Positions 30,444 through 39,926 of a stretch of 64,000 bases of DNA are shown piece by piece. The stretch's first letter is position 1, and each line of letters starts with the position of its first letter. Location: the NCBI GenBank assembly GCA_964426555.1, contig CAYRQJ010000001.1, positions 117,633 through 181,632 of the forward strand. Reading direction: 5' to 3'. A model generated the notes under the pieces. The model worked only from the letters and a program-made list of their open reading frames with translations. It was not told the origin of the DNA and made no database searches. Origin of the DNA: an uncultured Candidatus Saccharibacteria bacterium. GTDB taxonomy: Bacteria; Patescibacteriota; Minisyncoccia; Phycocordibacterales; UBA9973. The translations under genes and the position numbers were made by a program.

Positions 30444-31190
30444 ATGGATGAAGAAGAAAACATACAATTAGACGAACAAGCTCAAGCAGAATCAATGAGA
30501 GATGCTATTCATGAAAGAATTGCTTCTCTTGATGCACCAGTTCGTAATTTACTGCTTAGTGATGATTATGTATTAAAGCTAAGAGACATGGTGACTAAAT
30601 ATAGCTTAGACGCAACAAACACTCAAAATCTTGAAGAGATTACTACAAATTATTTACTTGGGGTGATTCGTCCAGAAGAATTAGAACAAACATATAGAGA
30701 AGGTTTATCTAGTTTAACGAAAGATAATATAAATTCTATCTATACAGAAATAAAAAACAATATTTTAAATTCTGTATGGCAAACAATAATAGATGCTTGG
30801 GCTGAAGATGACGAAAACGAACAAATTTATAATGAACTTCTAGAAATGGACGAGATTCCACTACCACCTAATCAACAAAAAGATGGGTCAAAGACATTGG
30901 GGGACAAAGTAAACAAAGAAATAATTAGAAATACAGAATTAGAATTACAGAAAAAACAAGAACAAGTTGAAATAACCCCAGAAATTAAACCTTCAGGGAT
31001 TATAACCAACGAAGAATTAGTAAAAAAGATTAGCGAAGAAAAAAGTGTAGAAAAATCAGCTTGGGATAAAAAAGCTGACGACGTAGATGCAAATAACAAT
31101 GCAACAGTAACTAGTAGAAACAATGTGGACACCAGCTTACCAAAAATATCTCTAAAAAGTTCGGATCCATACAAAGAAACCATAGAATAA
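30444..31190 (+). CDS. Acidic hypothetical protein ending DPYKETIE
   Basis: 248-aa ORF co-oriented with the VirB6-like gene; terminator at 31186-31213. Confidence 0.7.
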   Translation: MDEEENIQLDEQAQAESMRDAIHERIASLDAPVRNLLLSDDYVLKLRDMVTKYSLDATNTQNLEEITTNYLLGVIRPEELEQTYREGLSSLTKDNINSIYTEIKNNILNSVWQTIIDAWAEDDENEQIYNELLEMDEIPLPPNQQKDGSKTLGDKVNKEIIRNTELELQKKQEQVEITPEIKPSGIITNEELVKKISEEKSVEKSAWDKKADDVDANNNATVTSRNNVDTSLPKISLKSSDPYKETIE

Positions 31191-31281
31191 TCCCGCAATG
31201 CGGGGTTATTTTTATACAACATTTTATATAATACTAGTTAAAATGTTATTAATAAAATTTTATATGCTATAATTATTTTAT

Positions 31282-31710
31282 ATGCAATTCCAAATGCCAA
31301 GATTTTTGGACATTGAAGACAAAGTCATTGGGCCTTTGACTTTTAAACAATTCATATTTTTGGGTGGAGGTTTTGGTTTGGCATATGTGTCATACAAATA
31401 CTTGGGTTGGACATGGGGTTTTCCTTTGATTGGACTATTTTTATTCCTGGGAATAAGTTTGTCTTTTTGGAAACCAAACAGTCGTCCAGCAATTGTAATG
31501 TTTCAAGCTTTTTTAAAGCATTACACAAAAAACCATATGTATGTTTGGAAACGCCCTACAAAAGCTGAAAGAATTAAAAAAGAAGAAAAGAAAGACGAGG
31601 GTACAAATATACAAAACAAAGACATAAATAAAAATAAAATTGAAGCATTAGCATGGAGTCTAGATGTAATGGATAGAGTTGGATCGGGAATTAAAAAGGA
31701 AGAAAATTAA
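31282..31710 (+). CDS. PrgI family (VirB3-like) protein
   Basis: MQFQMPRFLDIEDKVIGPLTFKQF followed by two TM helices. Confidence 0.85.
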   Translation: MQFQMPRFLDIEDKVIGPLTFKQFIFLGGGFGLAYVSYKYLGWTWGFPLIGLFLFLGISLSFWKPNSRPAIVMFQAFLKHYTKNHMYVWKRPTKAERIKKEEKKDEGTNIQNKDINKNKIEALAWSLDVMDRVGSGIKKEEN

Positions 31711-31711
31711 C

Positions 31712-32368
31712 ATGGCAATTAACGCACCTAAAAGTCAAGAATTTATACCTATAGAAAAAATCCGCGATGGTGTGGTTATACTTAAAGATGGGTCATACCG
31801 CAGTGTACTGTTGTGTACTGCTATTAATTTTACATTGCGGTCTGAAGACGAACAAAAAGCTATTCTTTCTCAATTTCAGTCATTTTTAAACTCACTGGAT
31901 TTCTCTGTACAAGTAGTAATTCAGTCTCGTAAATTTGATATAAGACCTTATTTAATAACACTGGAAGACAGATTAGATAAAATAGAAGAACCATTACTAA
32001 AATTCCAAACAAAAGAATACATAGAATTTATTCGCGAACTTACTAGCTCGGTAAATATAATGTCAAAACATTTTTATGTTGTTGTGCCATATTCCGAAGC
32101 AGTACTGGAAACTGCCGGGGCTTTTCAAAAATTATTTGGTGGAGTAGGTGGTTTAAAGAAAAAAGAAACATTTGAAGAAGCCGACTGGAACGAAAAAAGA
32201 AACCAGCTTGAACAAAGACTGGGAATTGTGGTATCTGGTTTGGGAAGATGTGGTGTTCGTAGTGAAGCATTAGATACCCAAGGTTTGATCGAATTGTATT
32301 ACAAGACTTTTAACCCTGGCGACGCAGCACAACATGTGCCAAAGCAAGCGATTGATGAATCCCGTTAG
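31712..32368 (+). CDS. VirB4-associated protein (TraC/VirB4 N-terminal-like)
   Basis: INFTLRSEDEQ..FQSFLNSLDFSVQVVIQSR; its TAG stop lies inside the repeat element at 32361. Confidence 0.7.
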   Translation: MAINAPKSQEFIPIEKIRDGVVILKDGSYRSVLLCTAINFTLRSEDEQKAILSQFQSFLNSLDFSVQVVIQSRKFDIRPYLITLEDRLDKIEEPLLKFQTKEYIEFIRELTSSVNIMSKHFYVVVPYSEAVLETAGAFQKLFGGVGGLKKKETFEEADWNEKRNQLEQRLGIVVSGLGRCGVRSEALDTQGLIELYYKTFNPGDAAQHVPKQAIDESR

Positions 32369-32480
32369 AAGCCACGATCACAATTATGGTATTATTATAA
32401 TGATATGAGATATATGAAAGAGTTTAGTAAGTTTAATTTTATGCAAAATTGCGATTGTATCGTGATCTGCTTCTAACGGG
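32361..32480. mobile_element. 120-bp CCCGTTAGA-type element abutting the virB4 start
   Basis: 12-bp TIR cccgttagaagc / gcttctaacggg; flanks ATGAAT (32355-32360) and ATGGGT (32481-32486). Confidence 0.8.
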
Positions 32481-34298
32481 ATGGGTATATTTTCAGGATT
32501 ATTTGGTGGTAATAAAAGGGAAGATTTAAACGATCTTGGATCTCTTTCTGTTCGCCCGGAAGATATTTACACTTCTGCTCAACTTGAACTACAAGACATT
32601 ATTGCTCCATCTGCATTACAAATAATGCCAACAGCGCTGAATTTGGGGGATATGATAGTGCGTTCATTTTATGTTGTGGGTTACCCCAGTATTCTTACAG
32701 ACAATTGGTTAACTCCTATTATTAATCTGGACCGAGTTTTTGATATTGCTATAAACATAAACCCAATTGATACTGGTAAAATTTTAATCCAATTCCAAAG
32801 AAAAGTTGCCGAAGTCCAAAGCCAAATCTCTGAGCGAGAAAGTAAAGGAATGGTTCGTGACCCAATGCTAGAAGCAGCGTATAGAGATTTAGAACAATTA
32901 CGTGATGGGCTACAACAAGCCCAAGAGCGAATGTTTGAAGTTGGGTTATACATTAGTATATATGCGCAAAACGAAACCGAATTATTCAAAGCTGAAAATG
33001 AAATAAAGGGTCAATTAGATTCTCAAATGGTTTTTCTAAAACCGGCAACATTCCAGCAAGACACAGCATTCCTGTCTAGTGTGCCAACTGGCGTAGACGA
33101 TTTAAAGGTTGTTCAAAAAATGAATACTGAACCATTAAGTAGTACTTTTCCTTTTGTATCTTTTGATTTAACAGGCAACAAAGGAATATTGTATGGTATT
33201 AACCAACATAATAATTCATTAATTATTTTTGACCGTTTTTCTTTAGAAAACTATAACTCGGTAACTTTTGCAAAATCTGGGTCTGGTAAATCTTTTGCTA
33301 CAAAGTTGGAAATTTTAAGATCTTTAATGTTTGATACCGAAGTAATCGTAATTGACCCAGAAAAAGAATACGAATATTTGTCTGATGCAGTAGGCGGAAG
33401 ATATTTTGATATTTCTCTTTCTTCTGACCACCATATTAATCCTTTTGATTTACCGGTACCAACAAAAGACGAAACAGCAGGGGACGTATTGCGTCAAAAC
33501 ACAATTAATCTTGTGGGGCTATTTCGTGTAATGCTGGGCGGGCTAACTCCTGAAGAAGATGCAATAATCGACCGCGCAATTACTGAAACTTATGCATTAA
33601 AAGACATTACCGTAGATTCAGATTTTACAAATTTAGAACCACCACTATTGTCTGACTTTGCTGTAGTACTGGCTGGTATGGACGGGACACAGTCTATCCA
33701 AACAAAGTTGGAAAAATATACAACCGGATCTTGGTCTGGGTTTTTAAACAAACCAAGTAATGTAGACATCAACCGTAAATTCGTAGTTTTTTCTATTCGA
33801 GATATGGAAGACGAACTAAAGCCAGTGGCAATGTATATTGTTACTCACTTTATTTGGAACGAAGTAAGAAAGAATTTAAGAAAGCGTTTAATGGTGGTAG
33901 ACGAAGCGTGGTGGATGATGAAAAATGAAGACACTGCTAGCTTCTTATATAGTATTGCAAAGCGTGGGCGTAAATATTATCTTGGTTTAGCTACAATTAC
34001 TCAAGACGTAGAAGATTTCTTAAAATCTCCTTATGGTAGACCAATATTGTCTAACTCTTCAATGCAACTATTGTTAAAACAATCGCCAACATCTATAGAT
34101 ATGTTAAAAGAGTCTTTTAATTTAACAGACTCTGAAAAATACACACTACTTGAAGCAAATGTAGGGGAAGGTATTTTCTTTGCTGGATTAAAACATGTAG
34201 CAATTAAAATTATTGCTTCTTATACTGAAGAACAAATTATCACATCTGACCCAGCCCAAGTATTGGCTATCCAAGCAGCAAAAGCTCAAGGTAAATAA
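32481..34298 (+). CDS. virB4: VirB4-like ATPase of a conjugation-type T4SS
   Basis: Walker A AKSGSGKS, IDPEKEY, INPFD, Walker B VVDEAW, RGRKY, ITQ. Confidence 0.88.
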   Translation: MGIFSGLFGGNKREDLNDLGSLSVRPEDIYTSAQLELQDIIAPSALQIMPTALNLGDMIVRSFYVVGYPSILTDNWLTPIINLDRVFDIAININPIDTGKILIQFQRKVAEVQSQISERESKGMVRDPMLEAAYRDLEQLRDGLQQAQERMFEVGLYISIYAQNETELFKAENEIKGQLDSQMVFLKPATFQQDTAFLSSVPTGVDDLKVVQKMNTEPLSSTFPFVSFDLTGNKGILYGINQHNNSLIIFDRFSLENYNSVTFAKSGSGKSFATKLEILRSLMFDTEVIVIDPEKEYEYLSDAVGGRYFDISLSSDHHINPFDLPVPTKDETAGDVLRQNTINLVGLFRVMLGGLTPEEDAIIDRAITETYALKDITVDSDFTNLEPPLLSDFAVVLAGMDGTQSIQTKLEKYTTGSWSGFLNKPSNVDINRKFVVFSIRDMEDELKPVAMYIVTHFIWNEVRKNLRKRLMVVDEAWWMMKNEDTASFLYSIAKRGRKYYLGLATITQDVEDFLKSPYGRPILSNSSMQLLLKQSPTSIDMLKESFNLTDSEKYTLLEANVGEGIFFAGLKHVAIKIIASYTEEQIITSDPAQVLAIQAAKAQGK

Positions 34299-34322
34299 AT
34301 AAAGCTGTGATATAATAATTAG

Positions 34323-35267
34323 ATGAAAAGGCTTTTTGTAATGCTTTTTATGTTATCTAGTTTTTTAATTACTAACTCAAATGTATTTGGGCAAACTTCT
34401 AGCGCCGAACCAAATATAGACATTATAGCCAGCCCTAATGACCCAGAACCGGGGGAAGAAATCACAATTAGTCTTAGTAGTTACGAAATAGATTTGGGAT
34501 TAGCTTATATAAAATGGGCTGGAGAAAACAACACAAAAGAAGGTTATGGGGAAACAGAATTTACAGTAAACGCACCTAACAACGACAATGATTCATATAC
34601 TGCCCGAGCTTTTATAAAAACCAGTGATGGACAAAATATAGAAAAATCTATTACTGTATATACAAATACATATGATTTAATTTGGGAAGCCGTTGATACA
34701 AAATATCCTCCATTTTATGCTGGTAAAAAGTTACCAATTAAAGAAAATACGCTAAGAGTATCACTACTACGACCAACAACAAGTAAACAATATTCTTTTA
34801 AGTGGCAAAGAAATGGTAAAAGCATTACTGGTAAAGGTGGGATGCTTAACCCATGTGTAGAATTTGATAATACGGAAATTCAAAACAAAGAAAATGTTTC
34901 TGTAAAAATATCTAATGGTACAAACCAAGCTGAAAGAAATATTGATATACCATTAAACAAACAAAGAGTTTTGTTTTACGAATACATTCCACAATTTGGA
35001 TTAAACACAAATAATGCTTTGAATAAAAATTCAATTGGGTACGACGGCACAGTATCAGTACTGGGGTTGCCTTTAGGGTTAAGCAATAATGCAAAGACTG
35101 AATTTAGTTGGAATTTATCTGGAGATGATGTAAATAGTCAAGAAAATCCTTTTTTACTTTCTTTTGGTAAACCTGAAGGCAAGGGAGTTGTTAAAATAAC
35201 TGTAAGAATAGAAAATTTAAAATCTCTTTATCAAGAATTTAAAGGTGTTTTAAATTTAGAATTTTAA
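34323..35267 (+). CDS. Secreted Ig-like domain protein
   Basis: Signal peptide; three beta-sandwich-like repeats; PPFYAGK motif. Confidence 0.65.
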   Translation: MKRLFVMLFMLSSFLITNSNVFGQTSSAEPNIDIIASPNDPEPGEEITISLSSYEIDLGLAYIKWAGENNTKEGYGETEFTVNAPNNDNDSYTARAFIKTSDGQNIEKSITVYTNTYDLIWEAVDTKYPPFYAGKKLPIKENTLRVSLLRPTTSKQYSFKWQRNGKSITGKGGMLNPCVEFDNTEIQNKENVSVKISNGTNQAERNIDIPLNKQRVLFYEYIPQFGLNTNNALNKNSIGYDGTVSVLGLPLGLSNNAKTEFSWNLSGDDVNSQENPFLLSFGKPEGKGVVKITVRIENLKSLYQEFKGVLNLEF

Positions 35268-35268
35268 T

Positions 35269-35400
35269 ATGAATCCGCCAAAACTTTTCATTTTAAATAA
35301 ACAAAAGTTTAGGAGGATGAATCCGCCAAAAATTTTTATTTGGTATTAATAATAAATTAAACTTTTCATGAAAAAACTAAGAAAAATTAGGCGGATGAAT
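35269..35400. mobile_element. Two tandem CCGCCAA-type miniature elements separated and flanked by ATGAAT
   Basis: ATGAAT[35275-35316 ccgccaaaactttt..aaaagtttaggagg]ATGAAT[35323-35394 ccgccaaaaatttt..aaaattaggcgg]ATGAAT; the last ATG starts the next gene. Confidence 0.75.
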
Positions 35401-36450
35401 TTAAAAAAATTATTTACAATCATTTTTATACTAACTAGTATTGTTTTTTTGGGGAACATTACACATGCTGAAGAATTACCAACCGCCAAAACATACACCG
35501 AGCAAACCGGAATAGACGCATCTGCTGGTAGCTATGAACTAATCAGCCCAATAGGGAACTTAAGTAAAATACCAGATGTTAGTGATAATGGATTCTCTGA
35601 CTTTGTTAATCTACTTATTCGTATAGCTATAGCATTAGCAGGGGCTATAGCTGTAGTAATGCTAATAATAGGCGGTATACAGTATATGGGTACCGATAGT
35701 GTATGGGAGAAGGGGGAAAGTAGAAGTAGAATGACCAGTGCTATTATTGGTTTAGTGTTGTTATTAACATCTTATTTTATATTGTTTAATATTAATCCAG
35801 ATTTGGTAAATATTCGTATAGGGGGTCTGCGGGTTAGTGAAGAAGAGTGGGAAAAAGTAGAATTTGATAAAGGAGTAAGACCCTGGATAGGTTCTACTCC
35901 GGTAGATATAAGCAAAGCTTCAGAAAAAAATATTATTCAAAGCAATATTACTACTTATGATGTATCTTTAAAAAAAGCAGCAGTAGCAACAGGGTTATCT
36001 TGTACAGATTTAAAGGCTTTTGCTTTTGTGGAAACAGGTTTCGACAAAGATGTTGTTAATGGAACAAAAACTAGTAGTAGTGGAGCTGCTGGTCTTATGG
36101 CTTTAATGCCAGCTACGGGGAAAAATTATGGATGTAATACTGCTGCTGAACTAAGTGACCCTGAAAAAAGTGCTCTTTGCGGCGCAAAGTTTTTAAAAGA
36201 ATTAAAAACAAAAGCATGTAATGGTGCTGAAAAAAACGATGTTTGTAATACCACAGACACAAAATATATAAGTGCGGCTTATAACGGTGGCCCTGGGGTT
36301 AATGCTCAATCTAAAGACTGTCCAAATGAAAAAGTTACTCGCTGGCAGTGTCACACAAACCAGGGTGGATTAAAAGAAACAGAGTACTATACTGTTAAAA
36401 TAGCTGCAAATCAAGAACAACTAAAGAAAAAAGGGTGGGGTTGTGACTAA
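35395..36450 (+). CDS. T4SS pilin-like (VirB2/TrbC-like two-TM) module fused to a lytic transglycosylase (SLT) domain
   Basis: IIGGIQYM..S...K..SR..SAIIGL.L.L.SY.IL..INP pilin motif; SLT motifs FVETG, GLMALMP, AAYNGGPG. Alternative start at 35368. Confidence 0.82.
   Translation: MNLKKLFTIIFILTSIVFLGNITHAEELPTAKTYTEQTGIDASAGSYELISPIGNLSKIPDVSDNGFSDFVNLLIRIAIALAGAIAVVMLIIGGIQYMGTDSVWEKGESRSRMTSAIIGLVLLLTSYFILFNINPDLVNIRIGGLRVSEEEWEKVEFDKGVRPWIGSTPVDISKASEKNIIQSNITTYDVSLKKAAVATGLSCTDLKAFAFVETGFDKDVVNGTKTSSSGAAGLMALMPATGKNYGCNTAAELSDPEKSALCGAKFLKELKTKACNGAEKNDVCNTTDTKYISAAYNGGPGVNAQSKDCPNEKVTRWQCHTNQGGLKETEYYTVKIAANQEQLKKKGWGCD
35500..35825 (+). repeat. 326-bp perfect direct repeat, copy 1 (pilin module)
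   Basis: Identical by eye to 38571-38896. Confidence 0.93.
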
Positions 36451-36520
36451 TATTTCTTTGTTTGATTAGTTTTATAAAAAATAAATAGTTTTTATAAAAG
36501 ATAAATGTTAAAATGTTTAT

Positions 36521-37771
36521 ATGCACAAGGGGCAAATGCTTCGAATATCTTTGTTTATCCTTATCTTAGGGATGGGAGCTTTTTTGATAATTAGAAACAT
36601 TACGCTAAAAAAACAACTAAAAAATGGAGAAATTGCGGAAATAAAACCCCGGGATTTTTTGCCGTTTGGAGACAAAGCAAAAGATTTTTTTAATAATGCA
36701 ATAGACAAAGTAACCGGTAACGAAGAAAACGACAATCAGCAAAATCAAGAAAATAAGCTTAGATTAAACAAGGTTTCTGCCGATGTTGCTGGTAGCGCAG
36801 TAGTAATAATAGACGACGAAATTGCAGGGCCAGTTGGAACAGATAAAAATGGTAATAACATATACGACAAAATTACTGCTGTGCAATATGTATTAAAGGA
36901 AAACGGATTTGTTTATAGCTATATCCCAAAATACAAAAAAAGTTATTTAATTTCAGAAACAAAAATTCCACACATTCAAAATGCTAAAATTTCAGATGAT
37001 GGAAATATTGTTTTATTTCAATATTTAGATTCAGATTTAAGTACTGAAAAATCTGTATTGGGTAAACTGGGGGACAGTGCTGTAAAAATTCTTCCGGACA
37101 ATATAATATCTTACGATATGAATCAAAGTGGTGATTTTGTTTATGTAAAAAAATCAAAAACAGGGTCAATTATTTCTTTAATTAATAATTTTGGGAATGA
37201 AGTAAATTTATATGTATCAACAGTCACAGAATGGAATGTAAAATTTATTAATAATAATGAATTATTACTAACTACAAAAGCATCAGAATATTTTAATGGG
37301 GTTTCTTATGTTTATAATATAAGATCAAAATCAATGACTCGTTTATGGGGAGGATTTTCTGGACTAACTACAAATATTTCCAGTGGTGGTAATTATATAT
37401 TACGAGCAGTTACAGAGCAGTCTGGACCAAAGCTTGCACTGTATGACAATAAAACTAAATCAGTTTTTGATTTAAACAAGCTGGGCATGGTTGAAAAGTG
37501 TGCTTTTAGTAAAGACGAAACAATTTTAGTATGTGCACTACCAAAAGAATTTCAGAATATGGCATATCCAGATAGTTGGTATTTAGGAGAAATCTCAACT
37601 AAAGATAATTTTATAAAATATACTACATTAAACAAAAACGAAACTATTCTTCCTGGTTTTAATGATATTACAGAAGATTTTGATGTAATAAATCTAAACA
37701 TTAGTAACACTGGAGACATTATGTCTTTTATCAACAAAAAAGATTCGTCTCTTTGGGTATATGAAGAATAA
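36521..37771 (+). CDS. Membrane-anchored beta-propeller-like protein
   Basis: N-terminal TM; repeated beta-blade segments; YPDSWYLG motif. Confidence 0.6.
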   Translation: MHKGQMLRISLFILILGMGAFLIIRNITLKKQLKNGEIAEIKPRDFLPFGDKAKDFFNNAIDKVTGNEENDNQQNQENKLRLNKVSADVAGSAVVIIDDEIAGPVGTDKNGNNIYDKITAVQYVLKENGFVYSYIPKYKKSYLISETKIPHIQNAKISDDGNIVLFQYLDSDLSTEKSVLGKLGDSAVKILPDNIISYDMNQSGDFVYVKKSKTGSIISLINNFGNEVNLYVSTVTEWNVKFINNNELLLTTKASEYFNGVSYVYNIRSKSMTRLWGGFSGLTTNISSGGNYILRAVTEQSGPKLALYDNKTKSVFDLNKLGMVEKCAFSKDETILVCALPKEFQNMAYPDSWYLGEISTKDNFIKYTTLNKNETILPGFNDITEDFDVINLNISNTGDIMSFINKKDSSLWVYEE

Positions 37772-39377
37772 ATTTTTAAAAATTTTATTTGTTTTTGGAA
37801 TTTTATTTTATAGTATTAATTCTTTTGCTGCATGGAGTAATATTGGTAATAGTGTTTCCTTTATGGAAACCAGTAGTAATGGAAATGATACTGCTATTGT
37901 TTATTCTGGGTGTGGAGTTAGTGATGGTGGTGCACAAAACTGGGCAAATGCATTATATGAATCAAAATTAAAAACAAAAGGCATAAAATATCTCTATGCT
38001 GTGGCCTTACCTAGTGGAGCAAATAATTGTGCTGTATCTGTTGCAAATATCTCTAATTCAAAAATAGTTACTGATTTAGAATCAAAAAATACATCTGGGC
38101 AAATTAAAAATATTATAGTAATAATGCATTCATCTGGAGCATTCACAGCACAAGATTTTTTAAGACAAATCAATAATAAGTCAGCATTTAATAAAATAGT
38201 TACTGCTTTTAATATAGATGGGGCAAATATTAGTGGGGTAGCCTTAAAGAAAACATATTTAGTAATTGGTAAATCTGGAACAATCAAATCTTTAAATCAT
38301 GATATCGGTATTATAAACGACGAAACTATTGATTTAATTTTACCAACTGGATGTAGTACAGCTTTTTGTACACACATGAGACTGGTAAATAGTACTGGGG
38401 GGAATAGCACAGTAGATGCAGATTATAAAAATACGACAGCTAGTAATGTAACTAGTTCATATTTAGATAAACTACCTAATGTATCAGTTAGCTCTAGTGG
38501 CGGTACAACCCTTGTGGTTGGTGGTGGAGTAGCAAATACATCAACAACTCTAACGGCTAAAACTTTTAATGAGCAAACCGGAATAGACGCATCTGCTGGT
38601 AGCTATGAACTAATCAGCCCAATAGGGAACTTAAGTAAAATACCAGATGTTAGTGATAATGGATTCTCTGACTTTGTTAATCTACTTATTCGTATAGCTA
38701 TAGCATTAGCAGGGGCTATAGCTGTAGTAATGCTAATAATAGGCGGTATACAGTATATGGGTACCGATAGTGTATGGGAGAAGGGGGAAAGTAGAAGTAG
38801 AATGACCAGTGCTATTATTGGTTTAGTGTTGTTATTAACATCTTATTTTATATTGTTTAATATTAATCCAGATTTGGTAAATATTCGTATAGGGGGCTTA
38901 ACTGTAAATGAAGAAGCTTGGGATATCGAATTTGGTGATGGAGGATCACAGTATTTAACTAATGGCAGCTTAACTCCTGGATCTACAACAAAAAATTGTC
39001 CAGAAGGTTTTGTGAATACTGGTGTTTTTGTGGCTTGTAAAAGTATTGCTAAAAATATTGAAAACATGGTCGCAGCTGCAAAAAAAGATGGCATAATTTT
39101 AGGTGGGGGAGGATTTAGAACAAAAGAACAACAAATTGAATTAAGAAAGAAAAATTGCGGAGGCGATGTCGATACAAAAAAATCTACACAATGTAATCCA
39201 CCAACTGCTAAACCCGGAACTTCAAGACACGAAAGCGGAAAAGCTTTTGATATCACATGCGATGGTAAAAGTATGGCAGGTAGTAAATGTTTTACCTGGT
39301 TACAAAACAATGCAGCAAAGTATGGATTAAAAAACTACAAAGCCGAACCATGGCACTGGTCAACAGATGGACATTAA
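37761..39377 (+). CDS. Alpha/beta-hydrolase-like domain, pilin module and M15 (VanY/LdcB-like) peptidase fusion
   Basis: IVIMHSSGA nucleophile-elbow-like motif; same pilin module as 35395; GFRTKEQQ, SRHESGKAFD, EPWHWS. Confidence 0.82.
   Translation: MKNKFLKILFVFGILFYSINSFAAWSNIGNSVSFMETSSNGNDTAIVYSGCGVSDGGAQNWANALYESKLKTKGIKYLYAVALPSGANNCAVSVANISNSKIVTDLESKNTSGQIKNIIVIMHSSGAFTAQDFLRQINNKSAFNKIVTAFNIDGANISGVALKKTYLVIGKSGTIKSLNHDIGIINDETIDLILPTGCSTAFCTHMRLVNSTGGNSTVDADYKNTTASNVTSSYLDKLPNVSVSSSGGTTLVVGGGVANTSTTLTAKTFNEQTGIDASAGSYELISPIGNLSKIPDVSDNGFSDFVNLLIRIAIALAGAIAVVMLIIGGIQYMGTDSVWEKGESRSRMTSAIIGLVLLLTSYFILFNINPDLVNIRIGGLTVNEEAWDIEFGDGGSQYLTNGSLTPGSTTKNCPEGFVNTGVFVACKSIAKNIENMVAAAKKDGIILGGGGFRTKEQQIELRKKNCGGDVDTKKSTQCNPPTAKPGTSRHESGKAFDITCDGKSMAGSKCFTWLQNNAAKYGLKNYKAEPWHWSTDGH
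38571..38896 (+). repeat. 326-bp perfect direct repeat, copy 2
   Basis: Identical by eye to 35500-35825 (offset 3071). Confidence 0.93.
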
Positions 39378-39402
39378 TAAATAAAACCCGCAATTGCGGG
39401 TT

Positions 39403-39876
39403 TTATTCTTCTTTATAAGTTACAACTATTCTTCTTTCTTTACCTAAGCCAGTAGATTCTGTAGTTATGTTTTTGTCTTTTTCTAAGAATGTATGTATTA
39501 TTCTGCGTTCATATCCATTCATTGGGTCCAGCTCGATGCTGGATTTAAAAAATTTTGCACGCTCTGCCATCATATGGGCTTTTATTTTTAAATCCTCGAT
39601 ATGTTTTTTTTGAAAATCGTTAACATCAAGACCAACAGGGGTAGGGGTGTCAGTTTCTTTTAGGCCTGTTTCCATAAATCTATGTAGCAGAGTTACAAGT
39701 GAATGCAATGTTTCTCCATCTTTACCAATAAGTATTCTTCCGTCTCCCGATTTTATACTAATAGTGTTTAAACCACTTTCTTCGTCATATATCGTTTCAA
39801 TAGTCTCAATTTTAGCACCAATATTGGAAACAAGCTCATTTATGAAGTTTTGTGCATCTAAAATAGTCTTAGCCAT
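39403..39876 (-). CDS. Jag/KhpB-like KH plus R3H RNA-binding protein
   Basis: LIGKDGETL, PMNGYERRIIH, TESTG; conserved position after yidC. Confidence 0.88.
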   Translation of the reverse strand: MAKTILDAQNFINELVSNIGAKIETIETIYDEESGLNTISIKSGDGRILIGKDGETLHSLVTLLHRFMETGLKETDTPTPVGLDVNDFQKKHIEDLKIKAHMMAERAKFFKSSIELDPMNGYERRIIHTFLEKDKNITTESTGLGKERRIVVTYKEE

Positions 39877-39926
39877 ATTTAGACTTTACCATAGACAGAT
39901 ATCTTGAGCAAGCTTGTAAATTAAGC

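Noticed and set aside
26456-34298. Integrative conjugative element or prophage
   Set aside because: No relaxase, integrase, att repeats or phage structural genes around the cluster.
35269-35400. Possible CRISPR-like repeat-spacer array
   Set aside because: The repeat is only 6-15 bp, unit lengths are unequal, the interiors are hairpins, and no cas genes are present.
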